The notes under the pieces: generated by a model
Told to the model about the DNA's origin: nothing
Seen by the model: the letters and a program-made list of their open reading frames with translations, nothing else
Database searches by the model: none
NCBI GenBank assembly: GCA_002633005.1
Contig: NMRA01000488.1
Span: 222,194 to 286,193, forward strand
From: Phoronis australis
Taxonomy: Eukaryota > Animalia > Phoronida
DNA: 64,000 nucleotides
Reading direction: 5' to 3'
Translations under genes and position numbers: made by a program
Shown here: piece after piece, positions 42,201 to 52,573 of the stretch
Layout: the number at the start of each line of letters is the position of its first letter
How positions within the stretch are numbered: the first letter of the stretch is position 1

Positions 42201-45095
42201 ATTGATTTCAATATGATTAGCAAGGAAATGCTTTCATAAAGGAAATGATATATAGGTCAATAACCCTAAATAAATGTAAAAATAAATAAGATGTGCTAAC
42301 ATATAGTATTGTAAATATTGATATAATCAATAAAAGTTCTATACACGCCTGGCTTGTTTTAAGTCTATGTACTGTGCTAATGGCATGAATATCATAGCAA
42401 CTTACAAACATTTAACAACCAGTTTGAATAAATTTACATCTTATATCGAACAAAATAAAATCAGCAGCAAATTAAAAGCACACCTGCAACACTTCATTGT
42501 GTCTAATGAGTCTAACATCAGTAACAACTTACAGTGTAAACAAGGAGTGTAAACAAATTGAAAGGGTACCAATTGACATTCACAAATTGACTGCTAGTAG
42601 TTAAAATTTTTAAGGAAGTAAATATGTAAGATGAGGACTACTTTTGAATACCAAAGATCACAAAATCAGGATTAAGGGCTTTATGATTTGATTCAGATCT
42701 TAACTCAGTTTCAAGAGTTATTTTGGAACTTCGCATCCATTAACGAGGTTTCTAGGGAAGTTGAATAGAAAATCAGGTTTGGAATCTGAGATGACATCAA
42801 AATTTAGAAACAGAAACAGAATTAAGAAGCAGCTTGTGTAAGAATAAGTTTTCACTGCAACTTCCTTGACAGCGTGAATTTAAATCTCATTAAATTAAAA
42901 AACTTGATGCGCATGGTTCCGTAAAATGGACAATACCTAGTCTGGACTTTTTTGTTGTAACATCTGCGCAAAAATTATTGCCAACATTACAGGACTATGG
43001 CATTATAACAACACGTGAGAAACACCTACATGAACTCAATATGAAATGGGTCACTGTACATTTCTCTCTCAACATCAGTGCACCAGCATATTGATGTGAA
43101 TGTGGGATTTTACATTAGCAGCTGAAACTGACTGTATCACAAAATAACGGTTTATAGTATCTATATGCAATAAACTTGCATTACTTAGTGGTAATCACTT
43201 CACTAGCAAGTGTCCCCATATCATAGATGCGGACAGTAAAATAAAGGCTGAAGAACACATAGCTTTGCAGTTTTCATTATCTAAAACACCGCACGTACTT
43301 TACCTACTTCATTTCTGGTTTGAACCCTATGTAAGTATGCATTTGCCAGATTTTCCTGATTTGTAATAAAAGCATGCCAGGTAGTGTACCCTATCTTCAT
43401 CAGTGCACAAAAATTATCAACACTTTTCCTTTTTATGTCAGATACATCTTGTAAAAGAGTGTGCAAAGATGATCACTGTTTTGACCAGAGCTCTGGGTAC
43501 TAGCTACATACTTCATAGCACTGGGAGTCACAGTTCACATATTTCTGCCCAAAAGCATTCACTGGTTGACATGAGAAAATTAATAGCTTTCCACTGCAAG
43601 CAACTTCATAAATTATCAGGAACAATAACCAAAATGACAATGTCCAACACACTGTATTCAAATTTACACACGACTGATTTTGGGATATTTTTCATCAAAG
43701 AATGAAAGATAAAAGGTCAACAAGCCTACAAAACCAATTTACAACACAATATGAAAGACAAGTGTTTCTCCTTTTTCATATCTTCATAAGCAATAGGTAA
43801 GCAATGCATGAAAACATTCCTATGAAGGACCTTATTGACAACTCTGTATTTACCCAAAAAACTACAAAACCATTTCAAATCGCTAAAAGTACATCTTTCC
43901 TGAAAGAAGAAAGCCTGCAGAATTTGATTTTAAACTTTAAACCAATCCCCCATAAATTGAGTCACATGACAAGGTTTTTCAGCAAAAAAGAAACGTGAAA
44001 AACTTCTGGAAAAGTCTAAGTATATAGCCAGACATTTCTGCCATCAGTTGGGTCCTAATATACTTATATTTGATAAGCCCCCGTGTAAACAAGGGACATT
44101 TGAAGACAATTCCTCAATTCCTTACAACCTTTGAAAACAGTGTACAAAGTATAGTATCTAAAAGCTTCATAAAAATCTGATAAGCCATTTATGAGATATG
44201 ATGTTCTGAAGTCAGCTAAATTTGGATATTATTTTTTCTAAGGCCCTGCATAACCTTAAGTAACACTGAATACCAACATAAATATGGTTGTCTGAAAAAT
44301 GTGCATCTTCACAGCATTTGAAGCTCTTCAATAACAAAAAGGGCAGTTTTGACACATACTTTTGTCCTCAATTTCCAATCCGGATAACGCATAATTCAAT
44401 ATTTCCTAAAAATGGCATAACATGAAAAGGTTTGCCCCTCATAACAAGCATTAATACTAGCTCAGCAAACACCTGTGCCTCAGTTCATCAAATGTCCTAA
44501 GTTTGGTCTTAGCTAAGACAGTCATATTTTGAATTTTCATTAACACAAAATTTATTAAGAAAGGCAATCAGTTTGAATGTGAATTTCAATCACGTTTGTA
44601 CATCAGTACTACATGTTTTCACTTATGAAATTTGCAGTGTCACCAACTTAGCGAAAATGTTATGGCCATCTTAGCTCTTCTGGTCTTCTGGTAGAAGTTT
44701 ACGTAAACAAACATTTAGTACTATAGACGAACTTAATATAAATTATTTTGTTTCATCAACAAATTTTCTTAGTCAATGGCCATAAACCTTCACTCAGAGG
44801 GATGAACAGGCATAAGGAGATCAGAAAGTAGTGAATTTTGCCACACAAACCCACATAAAAATATTTTATTAAAAATCACTCAGATAGCTTCAGTGTTTCA
44901 AAAACGATGCCACAGATGAACAGTAGGTATAGGTACCATTACAACAAACTTGTCTGATATAATTCTCACCTGTATAATTTTATTTGCAATTCAGAATGGA
45001 AAACCCCCGAGCACACCCGTTCAACTATGAGACAAGAGAGTGCACCAAGTGCAGTAATATAATCTACGGTTGACTTACATACCAGGTTTGGACAT
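3286..45095 (-). CDS. Multi-exon EH-domain (Eps15/intersectin-like) adaptor protein: N-terminal helical segment, 2 EH domains, coiled coil, DPF and NPF motifs, acidic tail
   Basis: Hand-spliced, phase-compatible chain: 45095-45083, 43447-43304, 42156-42079, 41346-41263, 38942-38879, 36702-36491 (or -36437), 35997-35848, 34543-34453, 33724-33679 (these five repeated 7238 bp lower), [20841-20799?], 18484-18459, 18305-18274, 13475-13367, 10177-10114, 6796-6458, 3850-3591, 3327-3286 (TAG). The EH core is solid; the start, the small coiled-coil exons and the last exon are less certain. Confidence 0.7.
3591..3850 (-). CDS. EH-protein penultimate (acidic, low-complexity) exon
   Basis: gtttcag|VTAEEDELWCSIDG...STKDACQE|gttggt, within ORF 3531-3878 and phase-compatible with the 6458 exon. 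Confidence 0.55.
6458..6796 (-). CDS. EH-protein exon with NPF motif and acidic tail
   Basis: ttttcag|EERKNGIKPTEIHLFPNNPFDL...GFDDDFLDV...SSPVFKTVP|gtaatt, within ORF 6417-6866. Confidence 0.65.
8750..9393. mobile_element. Non-autonomous Kolobok-like DNA transposon with transposase and THAP remnants
   Basis: ~190-bp imperfect TIRs (CGGTGAAGACAACGTTTTTTCATG / CATGAAAAAGGTTGCCTTCGCCT) flanked by TTAA / TTGA. Internal + strand EPNFDVIVDVSKVYELIRRCQVCG...IQWECVAGHSGKW (CxxC...CxxGH-x3-W). Internal - strand MPNCCCVPRC (THAP-like start). Confidence 0.75.
9398..9844. mobile_element. TTAA-flanked non-autonomous element with GGTTATGTA(A/G)GACC termini (relatives at 39350-40256, ~44040-44255, ~12330-12552)
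   Basis: Shared terminal block GGTTATGTAAGACCCTAGAAAAATGTCCAAATTTGGCCAACTTCAGAACAT. Right end GACAACC|TTAA. Confidence 0.6.
10114..10177 (-). CDS. EH-protein exon with DPF motif
   Basis: ttttgtag|RTFTRATKDLDPFHQLHEQRK|gtaacc. Phase 0 in and phase 1 out, bridging the 13367 and 6796 exons. Confidence 0.7.
10932..11248. mobile_element. Tc1/mariner-pogo-like MITE (family also at 17173-17455, 30159-30442, 37397-37680)
   Basis: Termini TACGGTAAAATTCACCAATTTGGGACAG / CTGTCTCAATATTGGAGAATTTTTACC. Internal 20-bp triplication AATTTGGGACAGTCTCTAGA. Shared body with the other copies. Confidence 0.75.
11252..11429. mobile_element. Small MITE-like inverted repeat
   Basis: CATAAAATCGGTCTCGTAATATTC / GAATATTACGAGACTGATTTTATG. 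Confidence 0.6.
13367..13475 (-). CDS. EH-protein coiled-coil exon
   Basis: tttttacag|(Q)CNSESVKEEIRLLHAEEAELKRDIDTLDNYIASLSE|gttagt, with a heptad pattern. Confidence 0.75.
17173..17455. mobile_element. Copy of the 10932 MITE family
   Basis: TACGATAAAAATTCTC...GAATTTTACTGTA ends with the same internal sequence. Confidence 0.7.
17882..18198. mobile_element. MITE with ~100-bp inverted arms
   Basis: Perfect 24-bp terminal inverted repeat ATGAAAATACTAAGTTAAGATCCC / GGGATCTTAACTTAGTATTTTCAT, continuing imperfectly inward. Confidence 0.75.
20882..21000 (+). mobile_element. tRNA-derived SINE head / tRNA pseudogene
   Basis: A-box-like TAGCTATGGCAGTAGGGCA and B-box GGTTCGATTCC, but no proper anticodon stem. 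Related GGTTCGATTCCGC..ATCTCA.AAA head at ~39270-39330 and 32030-32068. Confidence 0.55.
21400..23028. mobile_element. Decayed Kolobok-like transposon (THAP remnant on +, KolX/P2X7-ballast-like remnant on -) with a nested foldback arm
   Basis: TTAA|AAGGGGACTGTA ... TACAGTACCCTT|TTAA ends. Frameshifted MPCCM(T)PGCSNSSKK...PYHR at 21693-21783. MSGHQVYLFEP...SSSS...WCDC..GQC at 22788-22649 (-). Confidence 0.72.
21791..22640 (+). mobile_element. Diverged single arm of the same foldback family
   Basis: Colinear similarity to 47481-48260: GCCTTGGCCCAAGCTGTATACTAA, GAAATGGCGCGTGCG, CACTTAAACGGCTG, AGTCTTCAT. Confidence 0.8.
26441..31704 (-). CDS. EH-protein exons, copy A (duplicate): 31704-31641, 29464-29253, 28759-28610, 27305-27215, 26486-26441
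   Basis: Same five exons as copy B, offset 7238 bp; the ORF track gives identical translations. Confidence 0.8.
30159..30442. mobile_element. Copy of the 10932 MITE family (duplicated at 37397-37680)
   Basis: AAAATTCTCCAATTTGGGA ... TCCCAAATTGGAGAATTTTTACAGTA. Confidence 0.7.
33679..38942 (-). CDS. EH-protein exons, copy B: 38942-38879, 36702-36491, 35997-35848, 34543-34453, 33724-33679
   Basis: GDSIRDFFLQSRLSLLVLSQIW / NLADETLDNLLDVREFMSAAHLCCGKVQGRKLPQSLPHSLPP... / ...NSFNVPQDKLQRLWRLSATKADQRLRMPEFAIFSHLV / FDLKNANF... / LKLIQERVASLQTCQ. Canonical splice sites with matching phases complete EH1 and EH2. Confidence 0.85.
39350..40256. mobile_element. Copy of the GGTTATGTAGGACC family, hosting a nested MITE
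   Basis: TTAA|GGTAATGTAGGACC ... GGTCCTCCATAACC, with internal similarity to 9398-9844. Confidence 0.6.
40007..40240. mobile_element. PIF/Harbinger-like MITE with 3-bp TSD
   Basis: AAG|GGGCCTGTTCCAAGAAACTGACTTA ... TAAGTCAATTTTGTTGGAACGGGCCC|AAG. Confidence 0.75.
41263..41346 (-). CDS. EH-protein exon: first half of EH domain 1
   Basis: tttcag|EWLPISDDEFCYYMRLFHELGPVEGFLS(G)|gtaggt matches the EH pattern W-x-I-x5-Y-x2-F-x2-L-x-P-x2-G-x-LSG (cf. Eps15 EH2 YDAIFDSLSPVNGFLSG). Confidence 0.88.
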
Positions 45096-46039
45096 CCTAT
45101 TTTTCAGTTTCACTGACAATTCAATTAAGTACAAATCCGTGAAAAGCAGGTTCCACCCCATATTATTCCACCAAGATTTGAAACTTTCTACATACATCGA
45201 GTTGAAATTAACTTTTGAAACTTGAAAGTCAAATGCCTTTCTGTCACAGGATTAAAGTAAACTTAAAACAAGAAATTTTTATTTACTGGATGCCAATGGG
45301 CATTGTTGGGTCTAATGAAGGGAATTCAATATAATATTTAAATATTTTTCAGAGAGCAATGGTACCGATATTCAGCCCCATAATTGAGATCCCCACAAAA
45401 AATTATCTTGCCATCCTGCAACACTATTTAAATGTCATGTTTCTTACAAAAAAAAAAACAAATTAACGCGTAAATTATTGTGATTCTCCACACAATACTG
45501 CTCTATTTTCCCATTTCACTAAAACGCTGTTAGGGCATTTCTATTTTTGTTTACCATACTTTCTTGTTCAAGATGCATTCCATGTGGTACTTGTGTGAAC
45601 AATAAAAAATGGAGTGTGCTAGTGTGGTGGACCCCACAACATTTACAGAATTCAGAGGGATGATCTGCTAAAAAAAGAGTGTGAATGCGTTGAGTTCAGA
45701 AATTCTGATTCCAAATTTTGTTTATTTGAATCTAAAAAAGAGAAAAGGCAATTTGAACAGTTTCGTGCAATGCGAGGGATATTTCACCCACTCAAATTGA
45801 CTTAGAACATCCTGCTTTTCCAATCAAAGATTGCCATTTTTTCATTGTCCTCGATATTAGCAAACATGAGTTGTGATGCAATAAAAACAAAAATGGCTCA
45901 TTCACAATTTTGTTAACCAATAAAATGATGTTTGAAAGAAGCAACAATTCTTGAAGCAACATGACTTCAACAGTTTAGCCAGGCGAAGCCAAATTTGAAG
46001 AAAATAGGGTAAAAGTGGTGTAAATGACAATGGGTCCCT

Positions 46040-46470
46040 CCTCAAAATGGCTGCCGAGAAACTAGGCAACACGTAGCCCCTTGGTTGGCCAGTTAGGGGC
46101 TACAATACTTCCCATCGCGTTCTGTATTAATTTCGTCCTGTGTATTTTAAACGGGCAATGGTCAAAATCCGCCCACCGATTAAGAGTTTTCACCTCGTCA
46201 AAAATATTCTACACTTAACAACTATCACTTAAAAAAGCGCTTACTTTCTTCAGTGATCCTTTCTACTTCTACATATATCTTCGATGAAGCATAGCTACCA
46301 AAAATAAGGTAACTTTGGTAAAGAATTCCAACTCCACTTTTGGTCACCGTTAACTTTTTCACCGCGTGCGCAATAACCACAAAATATTACAACTGAGTCA
46401 TGTGAGTTAGCTAGGCTAGTGCGAGAGTGAGCAAAGCTCGTGACGCTGGCGCGTGACACTTGCAAAATAG
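46040..46470 (-). promoter_or_regulatory. Probable promoter and non-coding first exon of the EH gene
   Basis: Local CpG enrichment, YY1-like CAAAATGGCTGCC, and a minus-strand donor GAAA|GTAAGC near 46245. Confidence 0.35.
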
Positions 46471-46977
46471 CATGGGAAGATATCAGGTGAAATTTGTAAG
46501 ATTTATGTCCCTTGGACTTTTTATTCGTTAACATGCGTGATTTCATGTAACTTTCTCAAAATAGCACTTGGTAAGAGAAACTCGACCAAACCGCCACAGA
46601 TTTTCATGGATATGTTCAAACTATGCTGACTAAATTGTATCCAGAGTCATGGTATGTGTTAATTATAACTACATGTGCCTATATGCATGTTTCAATCGAT
46701 TTCATTTCCTGTATTTCGAAATGAATAACTTTTTGTGGGGATGTACTATTGCCCCTGTATGCCTACGAAACTCAGGGCAATGTAATTGCCTACTGAGAAA
46801 CCAGTTTTACTGAATAACGGCAATGTCTATTATGCAGTGAAACTGGTTCTCAGTAGCCATTTTGAAGAGGGACCCATTTCAGTGGCGGATTTAAGGGGGG
46901 GGGGCAGTACGTACGAGGGTGCGAATGTCTGACAGGCAAAATCCTGGATAATACCCTGCCCCACCGAGTTAGTTGTA

Positions 46978-47478
46978 CAGGCATCCTCAGCTTCTGATCG
47001 TCCCCAATACACTACACAAGGTATGACACTTGGGACAAGGAATTCCATAGTTGCTTCACAACAAAAACTCAATAAATTTACACAAACAGAGGTTCTGCAA
47101 ACCATGAGCAATTGTTCTTTCTTCTGCTAGCATTCACAGTATTCTGCTCCAGCGACTTCGCATCAAATTAGCGGTCAAAGCACAAACCTCTTCCCAAAAA
47201 GCTGCTGCGTACTTTAAATGTGCCGTTACGGAATTATCCGATGAGTTAGATAGACGATAATTGCTGGTTTATCACAGAAGGTGACGAATAAGTGTGGAGT
47301 TATTGATGTCGTGACCTTCCGTGACAAATCCATAGTTTCCGTTTGGCACATTGACAGTACACATCGGCTTTTTGGGAAGATTTTTGTGCTTTGACCGCAA
47401 GTTGTTGCGAACTCGCTGGAGCAGGACACCGTAGACGCTACCAGAAGAAAGAACAATTGCTCATGGTTTGTTGAACCC
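46978..47478. mobile_element. Tigger/pogo-like MITE, right arm truncated where the foldback element begins
   Basis: Starts TA|CAGGCATCCTC. Inverted arms 47090-47225 and 47345-47477. Same family at 63440-63857. Confidence 0.65.
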
Positions 47479-49012
47479 TAGCCTTGGTACAAAGCTGTAT
47501 ACTAATAATAAAGCTTCGAACCGATGTGTTGTGAAACAATGGTAAGATAAAGTCTGATACAAAATTAGTGTCATTAAAAACTACAGTCTTCCTTGAGTAA
47601 ACTAAATTATTTAACGGCGTTAGAAAAATGGCGTTCTACCGTTATTCTGCTGCTAAAGTTGTGGAGTGATCTTTAGCGACGGCTTTAATTTGGCGCCATG
47701 AAATATAGCGTCACCTATGGGCCAATTTCTTTTTTCGACGATTCTTCAATCAAATGTTCTTCTTCAAGTTCATGAGGTTGCGTACACATCACAACAAATT
47801 ATCGAAACTGGTTTCACTTCATTTTAAATTTCTAGAATTTTGAAACTGAAAAACCAAATTTCAGAAGAAATTTTGCTGCTGCCAAGCTATCATCACCTCC
47901 CGAGAGATGTCGCAAAAATTTAAGAAATGGCGCGTGCGAGTGACACAGGCGTACTGTTTTCAAAACGACGACATACTTTTCATCATTAGAAAAGGCGGAG
48001 AGTTACGCAAGAAAATGACGTTTATTGCATTGTTTTTCACTTAAACGGCTGTAATGGGCAAGGTGAGTATCGGTTGATTCCCAGATTTTGCATGTACCCC
48101 GTCCAGTCTTCAGCTTTACATGTTGATACAAGTTTCACAGCGAGGTGACGGGCAGAACTACCCTGGCTGTGTCCAATTTCGGGGTCTGCGGAAGAAATAC
48201 ACGCAGTGGTACCTAGCTGTATTTTGACGACAGTCTTCATGCAACTAGCTGGCTGGCTATCCACTTGCTAGCCAGCCAGCTAGCTGTATGACGACTGTCG
48301 TCAAAATACAGCTAGGTCCCACTGCGTGTATTTTTTCCGTAGACCCCGAAATTGCACACAGCCAGGGTAGTTCTGCCCGTCACCTCACCGTGAAACTTGT
48401 ATAAACATGTAAAGCTAAAGACCGGACGGGGTGCATGCAAAATCTGGGAATCAACCGATACTCACCTTGCCCATTACAGCCGTTTAAGTAAAAAACAATG
48501 CAATAAACGTCATTTTCTTGCGTAACTCTCCACCTTTTCTAACAATGAAAAGCATGTCGTCGTTTCGAAAACAATACGCTCGTGTCACACGCACACGCCA
48601 TTTTCTAAATTTTTGCGACAACTTCAGAGAAGCAAAATTTGTTCTGAAATTCGGTTTTTCGGTATCGGAATTCTAAAAAATTATAATGAAGTGAAACCAG
48701 TTCCAATAATTTGTTGTGACGTGTACGCAAGCTCGTAAAAGAACAGCAGAACGGCGAAAAAAGAAACTGGCCAATAGGTGACGCAATATTTCATGGCGCC
48801 GAAAGCCGTCGCTAAAGTCAGATCGCTCCACAACTTTAGCAGCAAAATAACGGTAGAACGCCATTTTTTCCAACACTGTTAAATAATTTTATTTAATCAA
48901 GGAAGACTGTAGTTTTTAATGACACTAATTTTGTGTCAGATGTTATCTTACCACTTTTTTACTCACATCGGTGCAAAGCTGTATATTTATATACAGCTTT
49001 GTACCAAGGCTA
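47479..49012. mobile_element. Foldback/palindromic DNA element (~770-bp inverted arms, ~9-nt spacer)
   Basis: TAGCCTTGGTACAAAGCTGTATA at the left end is the reverse complement of TATACAGCTTTGTACCAAGGCTA at the right end. The arms stay complementary up to the centre CTAGCTGGCTGGCTA-tccacttgc-TAGCCAGCCAGCTAG (~48260-48268). Confidence 0.9.
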
Positions 49013-49198
49013 TACACTTGCAAGCTTTTACAGAAATTTTCTTACAAGCACAAAACAGGTTGAAAATGTCGAAAATAAGCACAATCGTGTAACTCAGGTA
49101 ACTTGCAGTGAAACGGCCTGCTTTCCATTTCGCAACTGGCCAATTCAGGCTGAGTGATCACTACAACAAATTTCCCGCGTCGCTGAAATCGCAGTCAA

Positions 49199-49734
49199 NN
49201 NNNNNNNNNNNNNNNNNNNNNNNNNNNNNNNNNNNNNNNNNNNNNNNNNNNNNNNNNNNNNNNNNNNNNNNNNNNNNNNNNNNNNNNNNNNNNNNNNNNN
49301 NNNNNNNNNNNNNNNNNNNNNNNNNNNNNNNNNNNNNNNNNNNNNNNNNNNNNNNNNNNNNNNNNNNNNNNNNNNNNNNNNNNNNNNNNNNNNNNNNNNN
49401 NNNNNNNNNNNNNNNNNNNNNNNNNNNNNNNNNNNNNNNNNNNNNNNNNNNNNNNNNNNNNNNNNNNNNNNNNNNNNNNNNNNNNNNNNNNNNNNNNNNN
49501 NNNNNNNNNNNNNNNNNNNNNNNNNNNNNNNNNNNNNNNNNNNNNNNNNNNNNNNNNNNNNNNNNNNNNNNNNNNNNNNNNNNNNNNNNNNNNNNNNNNN
49601 NNNNNNNNNNNNNNNNNNNNNNNNNNNNNNNNNNNNNNNNNNNNNNNNNNNNNNNNNNNNNNNNNNNNNNNNNNNNNNNNNNNNNNNNNNNNNNNNNNNN
49701 NNNNNNNNNNNNNNNNNNNNNNNNNNNNNNNNNN
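49199..49734. other. Assembly gap (536 N)
   Basis: Run of N. Confidence 1.
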
Positions 49735-49841
49735 TAAGGTCGTGGAAAAATGTACAAGAGACTCACTTGTCTTGTGCAATATGAATGATGCAAACATACA
49801 CGTGTCCGCCCATTCCTTGACTTCTTCATTTGTCATTCCAG

Positions 49842-52573
49842 GTTCCTGACCAACGTGTCACCCTACATGTGGGCATCTCTAGGAGTTGGTTTATCAATCT
49901 CACTGTCTGTCGTCGGGGCTGCCTGGTACGTTAACTACTCCACCTACAGGGAATAAATGGGGTTGTGGTCCTTGTGTAATCAAGTTCACAAAAATAAGTC
50001 GATTTCAATTTCTGGACATTGGTATTAATTATATATGTTAATAAGGCTGTGTAGAAAATGCTGAGTAGATGGTACCATACACACATTCTATACAATTTTT
50101 ACAGGATATTTTTATGATCAAGTTTAACCATTGTTTGTTGTAATTTATTGTTTCAAAGATGAATTGTAGTGAGATTTAGTGTTCATCTGAGCATACAATT
50201 TGAATGTAGAAACAACCCACGTTGTCACACAATCCATGTCTCTTACAGTCAGTCTGACTGGACTGCGGTGTTATGAAATACAACATTACCCGTGACTTTA
50301 GGAAAGTGAATGTCAGCTTTAGGTACTATGCACCCTGCTTTTTGAATTGTTTGCTCTTTCCTGCTTTCGTGACCAAAATCTTTTACGTAACGCGATTCAT
50401 TTCGTGTTCTTCTCAAACTTAGCGGATTTTATCCGTGGCTGCTAAGCACAACATAAGGGTGTTAGAAGTAAATATTGGTGTTGCGTTAGTGTCTGCTGGT
50501 TGTTCAGTGTTGAGTCTATTAGTGACTAGTAATTTGTAAACATGTGGAGTAATTTGCCTTGTCTCGTATTACAGGGGTATCTTCTTGACAGGAGCCAGTA
50601 TTCTTGGTGGCGGTGTTAAAGCGCCAAGGATAAAGACAAAAAACTTGATCAGCATCATTTTCTGTGAAGCCGTTGCCATCTATGGCATCATCATAGCTAT
50701 CGTAACATCAAATCTCATCGAGGTGAGATAGTGGAGCAATGTTGAATTAAGCGTTAAAGAAAATGTTGTCTGAATTGTCACATATCATGAGTTAAAAGTC
50801 ACAAACCATCTGAAGTCACATAATGTTTGGAGCCATGTCGCTGTACCTCCTTATGTTCAACTTATATCCTGGTACGCTAACAGCCAGCTTGCTGTGATGA
50901 ATCACTGAATTATAGCAATGTGAGAATGTCACTTTAGCATTGAGTAATTTTGTGTAAAAACTGGTTGTTACGGATACACTTAGTTTAGCGCACGTTAAAA
51001 TACAACCGTTTCGGGCTGGATTATGTGAAAACTTCGTGCTGTCAATAAGTGACTTTGTTGCGTTTAGTCAAGTCTGACATCTTTGTCTTTTTCAGCCATT
51101 CGATGAACAGGCTGCGATAGAGGCGGGTAAAGATGATGTCATTAGAGCTAACTATTTGGCAGGTATAAGCACAAGTCTTTATAGTTCATTGGGTTTTCAT
51201 AATTTTATTTGGCATGTATAAGCATGAGTCTTTATAGTTCATTGGGGTTTTCACAATTTTATTTGGCAGTTGGCACGAGTCTTTATAGTTCATGGGGTTT
51301 TCACAATTTTATTTGATTCGTCCTTCCATTTTCTGTTTAAATGTGCAATTAACAACATCTCTGGTTATATGTGTTCCTTCCTCCCAATTGTCAGTGTATC
51401 ATTTCTTTGTTAAAATCCCACGAAACCATAAATGTTTCAACTCCAGCGTGATGGCTGAAATGAAACTCTTGGAAAAAATCTTGTACATTTCTATACACAA
51501 ATGGCATTTTTGTGTCCTTAAATATCATGATGGTGTTCTGAGAGATGGAGTTTCTTGTGTCAATGAAAGTGAAATTATCTTTGTATAATGCTTGTGAATT
51601 CTATTTTATATTGTGTTATGTTAAAAAGAGGTTCTGACAGTCTCAACAAGAAAAACGATTTTACAGAAATGAGTTGATGCTCGGAATCAACTCAATAACT
51701 CTGTAGCAGCAGGTGAATGCTCCACCTCCGAGTCAAATGCCACAGTGTAAATAATTGAGTGTTTCAAGCGTAAGCAAGTGGTAAAGACGAAGATTTCAGC
51801 AACTGTCTGTCAGACAACAGGGGGAGTTGGTAATATTGCATTTTTTCAGCCCCAAGAACAATATTGTCCCTTTAAGTAGAGGAGGATTGAATTCAGTGTT
51901 GAAGTCTCCATTTTTGACAAGCTTGGTCGCAACTCAAACATAATGACATGTCGAATATAGTACAAGCCCTGCTATGGTGTCTTGTGTTACAGCTTACTCT
52001 ATCTTTGGAGCTGGTCTTACCGTCGGATTCTCCAACCTGTTCAGTGGTATCTGTGTCGGTATAGTTGGCTCTGGGGCTGCCTTGGCCGACGCCGCCAATC
52101 AGACACTGTTTGTGAAAATCCTCATCATAGAAATCTTCGCATCAGCCATAGGCATCTTTGGAGTAATCATTGGTATTTTGCAAGTAAGTTGGTAATGTGC
52201 ACATGACACATAGATGCTCACTGCATTTCAACTTCAAAAGCTTTGATTTAACAAAATATGTATGCCACAAATTTTGAGTTTAAATTGACGTGTTGTTTTT
52301 GGTAATTATATTGTCAAGTGTAATTTAGTGAACATCTCCCATTAACATGTTTGCATTCTAGTTTCTAATTACGATGACTAAATTCTCAAGGCTATGGTTA
52401 TTCTATAGTCAAATTTGCTGTTGGGATTGGATGATTTTTTATAAAAGTATTCACATTATTATTGCGTAGCCATGTAACTGAGTATGAAAACATTGCAATG
52501 TATTAACAGAGTTATGTCTCCTGTATTATTTCAGACTGCTAAAGTAAAGATGGGTGACAAAATACAGACATAA
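49842..52573 (+). CDS. ATP6V0B: V-type proton ATPase 21 kDa proteolipid subunit c'' (5'-partial). Exons 49842-49925, 50575-50722, 51096-51162, 51993-52183, 52535-52573
   Basis: Five AG/GT-bounded, phase-compatible exons splice to (W)[71 protein letters not shown]...[76 protein letters not shown]. This matches the recognised c''/Vma16 sequence, including the FCEAVAIYG proton-carrying Glu. The first exons are not visible (N gap just upstream). Confidence 0.97.
51153..51316 (+). repeat. ~53-bp tandem repeat x3 overlapping an ATP6V0B splice donor
   Basis: Unit TATTTGGCAGGTATAAGCACAAGTCTTTATAGTTCATTGGGTTTTCATAATTT. Confidence 0.9.

Noticed and set aside
49108-49836. Three >200-aa ORFs in the ORF track
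   Set aside because: Artefacts of translating through the N gap.
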